Origin: a bacterium
Lineage (GTDB): Bacteria; Elusimicrobiota; Elusimicrobia; Elusimicrobiales; UBA9959
Direction of reading: 5' to 3'
Assembly (NCBI GenBank): GCA_021811405.1
Contig: JAJZOZ010000001.1
Coordinates: 5,103-69,102, forward strand
DNA: 64,000 nt
Below the pieces are notes generated by a model. The model did no database searches and was not told the origin of the DNA. It saw only the letters and a list, made by a program, of their open reading frames with translations. Shown here piece after piece: positions 33,078 to 40,458 of this stretch. Position numbers and translations under genes: made by a program. The stretch's first letter is position 1. The number at the start of each line of letters is the position of its first letter.

Positions 33078-34981
33078 GCGCGCTTTCCAGGACCATACTT
33101 TTCCCGGCGGCCTTGCTGGCCTTCGCCGCGGCCCCGTGCCGCGCAGCCTCCATAGTGAACTCCAAGCACGACATGTCCTCGCTGTCGGCCACCACCGGGC
33201 CCAAGTCGCTCTCCACCAGCGAGCGCTGCGTTTTCTGCCATACTCCGCACAGGGCCGGCGTGAACGTGCCGCTCTGGAACCAGTCGGTCACCACCCAGAC
33301 CTTCACTTTCTATTCCTCCAACTACGTCAACACCTACCTGGGCATGGCCGTCCCGACCATGGCGAAGCTGGCCGGCTCCCGCACCAAGCTCTGCCTCTCC
33401 TGCCACGACGGCATGACCGCGCCCGGCAGCGTGTTCAATCTGGGCGGGACCGGCGGCCGGCTGAACATGAGCGGTCCGCTGGGCTCCGCTTCCACCCTCG
33501 GCGTGAACCTGGCCGACGACCACCCGGTCCTTTACGGCGTAAACCCGGGCGCGGGTCCCCCGGTCCAGCCGGGGACCGACCCCGAGATACAGCTGCCGCC
33601 CGCCGGGGACAAGGTAAAGGTGTACGGCGCGGAGAACCTGGTGGAATGCACCTCCTGCCATAACCCGCACGATAACCAATACGGCCATTTCCTGGTCAAG
33701 TCCAACGCCAACGGCGCGCTCTGCACCACCTGCCATTACAAGACCGGCTTCTCCGCCAGCGCGCATAAGCTGTCGGCCGTCTCCTATACTCCGCCCGGGG
33801 AGAGCCCCACCACCGTGGGCGAGTGGGCCTGCCGCGACTGCCACCGTTCGCACGGGGCGTCCTCGGTGCAGGCTTACCTGCTGAGCGGCGCGGAAGAGGC
33901 CACTTGTTACGCCTGCCACGGCAATCCGCCGCTTACCGGGGCCAGGAACCTGAAACTTACCGTAGGCAAAGCCTACAAGCACCCGGTTGAGACCGTCTCC
34001 GGCAGGCACAAGGACCCGGAGACGGATGGCGCCAATTTTACGTATTCGCCGCTCAACAACAGGCATGCGGAATGCCAGGACTGCCATAATCCGCATCAGG
34101 CCAAGTCCGGCACGCATGTCGCCCCGACCAACGTCATTTCCAGCGTCCTGCTGGGCCAGTGGGGCGTGGAACCGGCCTACGGCACGGCCAGCTGGACGCA
34201 GCCCACCAGCTATTCCAGGAAGGTATTCGCCGACACGCTGAACTACAGGGAATACCAGCTCTGTCTCAAATGCCATTCCTCGTACGCGTTCGGGACTACG
34301 CCCCCGCCCGGAATAACGGACCAGTCGATAGAACTGAGCATAAATAACCGCGGCGCCCATCCGGTGATACGGGGGCTTAACAGCCAGACCGGCAGCACCA
34401 GCCCCAAGCCGCTGGCGGCCAACCAGCTTTCCAGCCCCTGGTCCGCCGCGCGCGGAACGCAGACCATGTACTGCTCGGACTGCCACGGCCCGGACAGCAC
34501 AACGGATCCCAAGGGTCCGCACGGTTCCGCCGGAGAACACATCTTGTCCGGGCCGAACGTCTACTGGCCCAGGAAACCCGGGGGGGCGCTCTACACTCTG
34601 GACGACTTCCCCGGGGGGAACAACTCCGGCGCCAACACCTCGGCTGGCCTGTTCTGCCTGAACTGCCACCCGATGTACTCCGGAACCAGTTTCTTCAACA
34701 ACGTCCACATGGAGCATAATCAGAAGAATCAGGGCGTTACTCATGCCTGCGTCGGCTGCCATCAGGTGATCCCGCACGGCTCAAAACGCTCCCGGCTTAT
34801 AGGCTATGCCTCCGACCAGGCGCCTTACAACTATAACGGGACGGGGGCGTTCGATAAGCTGGTCCTGTCCGGGTTCAAGAAGGCGACCAGCCCTACCGGT
34901 TATGTGAAAACGAACTGCTACGCTCCTGTTTCCGGTTGCAGCAGCGAGCACGGGATCAACTCGGGCGGATATGATCCATGA
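33074..34981 (+). CDS. 11-haem c-type cytochrome (635 aa), cassette B
   Basis: Motifs CVFCH, CLSCH, CTSCH, CTTCH, CRDCH, CYACH, CQDCH, CLKCH, CSDCH, CLNCH and CVGCH. Collinear with 24487-26367. Confidence 0.9.
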   Translation: MSALSRTILFPAALLAFAAAPCRAASIVNSKHDMSSLSATTGPKSLSTSERCVFCHTPHRAGVNVPLWNQSVTTQTFTFYSSNYVNTYLGMAVPTMAKLAGSRTKLCLSCHDGMTAPGSVFNLGGTGGRLNMSGPLGSASTLGVNLADDHPVLYGVNPGAGPPVQPGTDPEIQLPPAGDKVKVYGAENLVECTSCHNPHDNQYGHFLVKSNANGALCTTCHYKTGFSASAHKLSAVSYTPPGESPTTVGEWACRDCHRSHGASSVQAYLLSGAEEATCYACHGNPPLTGARNLKLTVGKAYKHPVETVSGRHKDPETDGANFTYSPLNNRHAECQDCHNPHQAKSGTHVAPTNVISSVLLGQWGVEPAYGTASWTQPTSYSRKVFADTLNYREYQLCLKCHSSYAFGTTPPPGITDQSIELSINNRGAHPVIRGLNSQTGSTSPKPLAANQLSSPWSAARGTQTMYCSDCHGPDSTTDPKGPHGSAGEHILSGPNVYWPRKPGGALYTLDDFPGGNNSGANTSAGLFCLNCHPMYSGTSFFNNVHMEHNQKNQGVTHACVGCHQVIPHGSKRSRLIGYASDQAPYNYNGTGAFDKLVLSGFKKATSPTGYVKTNCYAPVSGCSSEHGINSGGYDP

Positions 34982-36273
34982 GAAAGCTGCTGGTCTCGCC
35001 CCGCACGGCGCTGGCGCTGATGGGGGCGATAGCGGCGGCCTGCTGCGCGGCTTCCTTCGTGCCGCAGATAGCCGACAGCAGCCCGGCCGTTATCGGGGCT
35101 TGGAGGAGTGCCAGCCCGCTGACTTACCGGCTGGCCGGGGTCCTGCGGCTTGACAGGATATATACTTCTCCATGGTTCCTGCTGCTGGTAGCCGCGGCCG
35201 GCGTGGTGCTTGCCTATTCGGTCCGGCTGCAGTTCCGCGGCTGCCTTTCCGGCCTGGCCGGGAGCGGCGCGCCGGCGGTCCAGTTCCCGGGCCAGGGGCG
35301 CTTGTCCGCGGCGCTGTCAGCCAGAGGGTATTCCATGCTTCCGGCATCGGCAGGAGAGGCCCGTTTCGCGGCCAACAGGCCTGGTCGGTGGGGCTCGCCT
35401 GTCTTTCATCTCGGGCTGCTGCTGGTGATAGTCGCCGCCTTCCTGACGTTCGCGTTCCAGCAGAGAGGCTTCGTGCAGCTGATAGAGGGCGAGGTCTTCG
35501 ACGGCGCCGCCGCCGATTTCCTTACCGTGAACAATGGGCCGCTGGCCGGCCGCTTTTTGGTGCCGTTCAGCCTGCGCATGAACAAACTGGAGCAGGCATA
35601 CTGGGGGAACGGACAACCCAGGGATTTCGGCAGCCGGGTGGACTTCCTGGAGGAAAGCGGCAGGCCGGCGCCGGCTCTGATCTCGGTAAACAACCCCTTC
35701 CGCCGGCGCGGCGTGACGGTGTACCAGTCGCCCTATTACGGCTACAGCGTGTCGCTGGCGCTGAAAAGACCGGCCGGCGCGGAAACGCTGACGCATTTCC
35801 TGCTGGACAGGGCCGCCGTCCCTTCGAGGCCTGCGGTCGGTGGGGCGGATTTCCCCGGTACGGGCTATCTTTTCTGGCTCGAATTCCTGCCGGACGCGGC
35901 CGGACGGTCGTTCTTCGTGAAGGACCCGGTACTGAAGGCCCGCGTGACGGAAGGCGGCCGCGTGGTCTTCGACGGCCCCGTTCCGATGGACGGCACGGTG
36001 CGGGTCGGAGCGGATTCCCTGCGCGTGGCGGCCGTACGCGGCTGGAGCGGGCTCGTGTTCGTCCGCGACAGGTGGCAGGGGCTGGCGTACGCGGGACTGG
36101 GGCTTTGCGTCCTGGGGGCCGCGCTGATGTTCCTGCTGCCGTATCGCGAGCTGGCCGTGGCGCTTCCGGACGCCGGCGAAGCTGTGGTCCGGGCGGTTTC
36201 GGGCAGGGAGATGGACCTGCTGCGTGAAGAGGCGCGCGACATAGAGGCTGAACTTAAAAAATGGAAGGAATGA
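34978..36273 (+). CDS. ResB/CcsB-like cytochrome c biogenesis protein (System II)
   Basis: Membrane topology of an N-terminal TM pair, a large soluble loop and a C-terminal TM. It sits directly upstream of, and is coupled to, ccsA. The assignment rests mainly on context and architecture. Confidence 0.6.
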   Translation: MRKLLVSPRTALALMGAIAAACCAASFVPQIADSSPAVIGAWRSASPLTYRLAGVLRLDRIYTSPWFLLLVAAAGVVLAYSVRLQFRGCLSGLAGSGAPAVQFPGQGRLSAALSARGYSMLPASAGEARFAANRPGRWGSPVFHLGLLLVIVAAFLTFAFQQRGFVQLIEGEVFDGAAADFLTVNNGPLAGRFLVPFSLRMNKLEQAYWGNGQPRDFGSRVDFLEESGRPAPALISVNNPFRRRGVTVYQSPYYGYSVSLALKRPAGAETLTHFLLDRAAVPSRPAVGGADFPGTGYLFWLEFLPDAAGRSFFVKDPVLKARVTEGGRVVFDGPVPMDGTVRVGADSLRVAAVRGWSGLVFVRDRWQGLAYAGLGLCVLGAALMFLLPYRELAVALPDAGEAVVRAVSGREMDLLREEARDIEAELKKWKE

Positions 36274-37085
36274 CCCCTCTTAAGGCCGGGATACTGCTGC
36301 ACTGGGCCGCGGTGACGCTCTATATACTCTCTACGGTGGCCTACGCGGCCGCAGCGACTTTTTCCCGTGAGAGCCTGCTGAAGAAGGGCTGGTGGCTGGC
36401 GCTGGCCGGACTTCTGCCGCACAGCGCCGCCCTGGCGCTGCGCTGGTACGCCACCGGGCACGGCCCGTACATGGCGAAATACGAGGTGTTCTCTTCCAAC
36501 GCCTGGGTGGCCGTACTCATGTTCCTGGTATTCTCCAAAAAGATACCGCGCCTCAGGGCGGCCGGTTACGTGGTGCTGCCCGCTTCCTTCCTGATGATGA
36601 CGGCAGGCTTGTTCACAAGCCCGGAGCTGCGTTTTCTGCCGCCGTCGCTCAGGAGCTTCTGGCTGGTGCTGCATACGGTGTTCGCCAAACTGGCCGTCGG
36701 AGGCATACTCATCGCGGTGGGGGCCTCCATCCTGTACCTGGTCAGGGAAAGGAAGGGCGGCGCGGAGGCGGCCTCCCTCCCGGCGCTGGACGACTATGCC
36801 GGCCGTTTCGCCGGCTTCGGCTTCATTTTCTGGACCATCATGACGGCCGCCGGCGCCATCTGGGCCAATGAGACCTGGGGCCGCTACTGGGGCTGGGACC
36901 CCATAGAGACCTGGTCCCTCATCACCTGGCTGCTTTTCGGCTCCTACCTGCACGGCCGCCGCTCCCTGGGCTGGCGCGGCGGGAAGGCCGCCTGGGTATT
37001 GCTCGGCTGCTTTGTCCTGTCGCTGGCCACGGTGTTCGTCATCCCGTTCGTCTTCGACACGCTCCACGGGGAGTACTTCAGATGA
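36261..37085 (+). CDS. ccsA: Cytochrome c-type biogenesis protein CcsA/ResC (System II haem handling)
   Basis: WWD-type haem-handling motif WGRYWGWDPIETWSLITWL. Polytopic membrane protein with conserved His residues. Confidence 0.85.
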   Translation: MEGMTPLKAGILLHWAAVTLYILSTVAYAAAATFSRESLLKKGWWLALAGLLPHSAALALRWYATGHGPYMAKYEVFSSNAWVAVLMFLVFSKKIPRLRAAGYVVLPASFLMMTAGLFTSPELRFLPPSLRSFWLVLHTVFAKLAVGGILIAVGASILYLVRERKGGAEAASLPALDDYAGRFAGFGFIFWTIMTAAGAIWANETWGRYWGWDPIETWSLITWLLFGSYLHGRRSLGWRGGKAAWVLLGCFVLSLATVFVIPFVFDTLHGEYFR

Positions 37086-38593
37086 AGGCCAAGGTCCTGC
37101 TGATGACGCCGCCCTATCACTGCGGCGTGGTGGAAGCCGCCGGCACCTGGGTGCCGCTGGCGCTGGCGTCCGTGGCCGGCGGCCTCTCCCGCGCCGGCTA
37201 CGAGGTGGAGATCTACGACGCGATGGCCAAGTACTCGGACTGGGCCGCTATCGAGGAGAAGCTCAGGTCCTCGAACCCCGACTTCGTGGGGACCACGGCC
37301 TTCACGGCCACGGTCAACGACGCCGTCAGGGCGCTGGCGCTGGCCAAGCGCGTCAAGCCGGGCGTGGTAACGTTGCTGGGCGGCATCCATCCCAACTTCC
37401 AGTGGAAGGAGCTCCTCGAGGCGGAGGATTCGCCGGTGGATTACGTGGTCAGGGGGGAGGGCGAGGTGACGGCGCCCCGCCTGCTGGACGCCATAACCTG
37501 CGGGGAGCCGCCGGAGCGCGTGCGGGGGATAGCGCTGCGCGACGCTTCCGGCAGGGCCTTCGCCACGGCATCCAGGCCGCTGATAGAGGACCTCGACGCC
37601 CACCCGGCCGCGTGGGAGCTGCTCGACTGGAAGGACTACACTTTCTATCCCCGGCCCGGCTCCGTCTCGGGCCTGATCTCCTCGTCGCGCGGCTGCACCG
37701 AGGCCTGCTCCTTCTGCAGCCAGCAGAAGTTCTGGTCCCAGAGCTGGAGGGCGAAGTCCCCGGAGGCCTTCGTCGGCGAGATAGAGCTGCTGCGCAAGGA
37801 GTTCGGCGTCTCCATAGCGATGGTCGCCGACGAGACGCCCACCAAGGACCGCGCGCGCTGGCGCAGGATACTGGACCTGCTGATAGCCAGGAAGCTCGAC
37901 TTCGAGCTGATGCTGGAGACCCGCGTGGACGATATCCTGCGCGACCGCGACTGGCTGGACGACTACCGGCGGGCGGGCATAATGCACATTTACGTGGGGG
38001 TGGAATCCGGCTCGCAGGAGACGCTGGATACCTTCAAGAAGAACCTTAAGACGGAGCAGTCCAAAGAGGCCATAAAGCTGATAAACGAGGCCGGGATAAT
38101 CAGCGAAACGGCCTTCGTGCTGGGCATGCCGGGGGAGACGCCGGAGTCCATACGGCGCACCACGGACCTGGCCCTGGAGTACGGTCCCGACATGGCCTTC
38201 TTCATGGCCATAGCCCCGTGGCCGTATTCCGACATCTACAGGGAGCTCAAGCCCCTGGTGGAGACGGACGACTACTCGCTCTACAACCTGGTGCGCGCCG
38301 TGGTCAAGCCCAGGGCGATGACCCGCGCCGAGGTGGAGGCGGAGCTGGCCTCCGCCTTCAGGAAATTCTACATGCACCGGCTCAAGGGGCTGGAGAAAAT
38401 GCCGCCCTTCAAGCGGGAGTACATGCTTGCCGTGACCAGGCTGCTGGCCTCGCACTCCTACCTCAAGGAGCAGATGAAGGGGATGGGGGGCTCGGCCGGC
38501 ATGCCGGAGGAGGTGCTGCGCGTTCTCGGCGCGGCCGGCGTCGCGCTCACGGAGGCGGCGCGGCCGGGCTCCGCGGATAAAAAGCATGCGTGA
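37082..38593 (+). CDS. B12-binding-domain radical SAM enzyme (class B rSAM)
   Basis: N-terminal cobalamin-binding-like domain (VLLMTPP..DFVGTTAFT..LLGGIHPN). The CX3CX2C cluster motif is SSRGCTEACSFCSQQ. ATGA overlaps at both ends embed it in the operon. Confidence 0.8.
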   Translation: MKAKVLLMTPPYHCGVVEAAGTWVPLALASVAGGLSRAGYEVEIYDAMAKYSDWAAIEEKLRSSNPDFVGTTAFTATVNDAVRALALAKRVKPGVVTLLGGIHPNFQWKELLEAEDSPVDYVVRGEGEVTAPRLLDAITCGEPPERVRGIALRDASGRAFATASRPLIEDLDAHPAAWELLDWKDYTFYPRPGSVSGLISSSRGCTEACSFCSQQKFWSQSWRAKSPEAFVGEIELLRKEFGVSIAMVADETPTKDRARWRRILDLLIARKLDFELMLETRVDDILRDRDWLDDYRRAGIMHIYVGVESGSQETLDTFKKNLKTEQSKEAIKLINEAGIISETAFVLGMPGETPESIRRTTDLALEYGPDMAFFMAIAPWPYSDIYRELKPLVETDDYSLYNLVRAVVKPRAMTRAEVEAELASAFRKFYMHRLKGLEKMPPFKREYMLAVTRLLASHSYLKEQMKGMGGSAGMPEEVLRVLGAAGVALTEAARPGSADKKHA

Positions 38594-40289
38594 GCCGCGT
38601 CCCGGCAGGCCGTGGCGCGCCGGCGTCCTGGCGGCCTCCGCTTCATTGGCCGTCTGCGCCGCTTCCGCCAGCGGCGGGCAATACCATTATTCCGGCAAGC
38701 TGGACTGGAGGTTCGAGAGCGTCGCGGTAAGGACCCCGGCCGGAAAGACCACCACCTCCATGGGTTCCCATGTCTACAGCCTGAATCTGGACGGGCCTCT
38801 GGGAACGCCGCTCATCGGCAACGGAAACCTGGGGCTGACCCTGCAGGGGGGGAAGAGCCTCTCCAACGTGGTGGCCGCGCGCAAGTCCTCGCAGGAACTG
38901 ACCGGCTATAACTTCGGGGCCACGCTGCTCCCCCCTCCGCTTAGAAGGTTCATTAATCTCTCCCCCAACTTCAGCAGGAGCGTCAATAAGACGTCCTGGG
39001 GCGACGGCGCGCTGCATAACATAACCGACGCCGCTTCCGGGGTCACGGCCGGGCTGACGCTGCCGAAACTGCCGACCTATTCCGTCACCTATCAGAAACT
39101 GAGGCGCACCGACGACAGCAGCTACGCTTCCGACCAGGAGACGGACATCATGGACGAGCGCGCGCTTTATATGAAAGGCGTGCTGAGGGCGGAATACCAG
39201 CGCCGCCGGCAGACGACGCGCGATCTGCTGGGAAGGTCACCGGATAACGAGGTGGACAGCGTGAACTCCAGCGTCGACCTGAACGACGCGGATTTCAACA
39301 GGCTGGGCCTGCGCTCCTACTTCATGCGGGTCTCGTACGCCGGCCAGACCAATCGGTCCGTAGGCAGCACCAGTCAAAGAGGGGTTTCCTCGCTTTTCAA
39401 TCTCACCTCCAGGACGGTCCGTTCCGGGGGGGTGAAATCCTATCTCGGATACACGCAGGGCCTTAACCGCGATCTGGTCTCGAAGGCGCGCACGTCCAAT
39501 TCCGATGTAACCGCCTACAGCTCCTATTCCGGTTCCAGCGGCACCATAAACAACCAGCTGCAGTTCAGGAATATCGACGGACCCGCGGGAGCGGACCGTT
39601 CCGTCAGCGACAACCTGAACTCGGAGGTCACGCTGTTCAACGGCCTGGCCGGCCACAGGCTGCAGCTGGCAGAGACTCTCTCGTGGGGGGCGCAGGGCGC
39701 CCGCGGCACCGACCTGATAGAACAGCGCGTTTCGGTATATCCCGCCGCGAAATACGACTTCTACGTGGACCAGCGCTACTCTGCCGCACGTTCCGCGGCC
39801 GCCGGGGCGCTGAACCAGGGGCTTGGCTGGGGCGGCGGCGTCAACTGGAGGCCGGCCTATTACGCCCGCGGGGACATGAGCTATCAGGAAGACCTCGGTT
39901 CCGACCTCGCGAAGGGCAGCAAGACCAGGTCGGATACGGTCACCATGAAGTTCTCCGCCGAGCCCGCGGTCGGCCTCTCGGCCACTCTTATCTGCGCCTT
40001 TTATTCCAACAGCGCCGAGCTCGTCAGGTCCAGGAACGGCACTCTTTCGCTGGAAACCGCCTATTCCGTGACCCCGGCCCTGACGTTCTCCGGCAGCCTG
40101 TACCGGACGGACACGCGGCAGCGTTTCCGGCCGGACGGAGGGCGGGCCAGGACGGTCTCTTTGGATTACAGCGCCAGGATGGTCTACAACATCGGCCGTA
40201 CCACGCTTTCCCTGCTGTACGAATCCAGGGAAGCCTCAGTCTTCAACGCGTATTCGCGCTTCGGCGCTTTCCTTACGCGGACCATTTAA
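38586..40289 (+). CDS. Large outer-membrane beta-barrel protein (567 aa), cassette B; paralog of 26435-28108
   Basis: Signal peptide. The N-terminal region is alignable with the cassette A barrel (YSGKLDWRFESVAVRTPAG..YSLNLDGPLG versus ASGRLGWSYDDVMVRTPEG..YNLNLRGPFG). The same strand-like composition is seen throughout. Confidence 0.7.
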   Translation: MREPRPGRPWRAGVLAASASLAVCAASASGGQYHYSGKLDWRFESVAVRTPAGKTTTSMGSHVYSLNLDGPLGTPLIGNGNLGLTLQGGKSLSNVVAARKSSQELTGYNFGATLLPPPLRRFINLSPNFSRSVNKTSWGDGALHNITDAASGVTAGLTLPKLPTYSVTYQKLRRTDDSSYASDQETDIMDERALYMKGVLRAEYQRRRQTTRDLLGRSPDNEVDSVNSSVDLNDADFNRLGLRSYFMRVSYAGQTNRSVGSTSQRGVSSLFNLTSRTVRSGGVKSYLGYTQGLNRDLVSKARTSNSDVTAYSSYSGSSGTINNQLQFRNIDGPAGADRSVSDNLNSEVTLFNGLAGHRLQLAETLSWGAQGARGTDLIEQRVSVYPAAKYDFYVDQRYSAARSAAAGALNQGLGWGGGVNWRPAYYARGDMSYQEDLGSDLAKGSKTRSDTVTMKFSAEPAVGLSATLICAFYSNSAELVRSRNGTLSLETAYSVTPALTFSGSLYRTDTRQRFRPDGGRARTVSLDYSARMVYNIGRTTLSLLYESREASVFNAYSRFGAFLTRTI

Positions 40290-40458
40290 ACCCAAAAGGA
40301 GCCAGGCTGTCGAAACGGAGTCCACGCTGATTCCTTGCCGCGGGCAGGCTGAATGGTATCCAGCAATTATCCAGCCGCGGAGGCGGTAAAAGTTTTAATT
40401 TGTTAGAATTAATGTTGCGGTCCAATCCTGTACTGTCCGGTCTTGAGGTGCGCAACTG

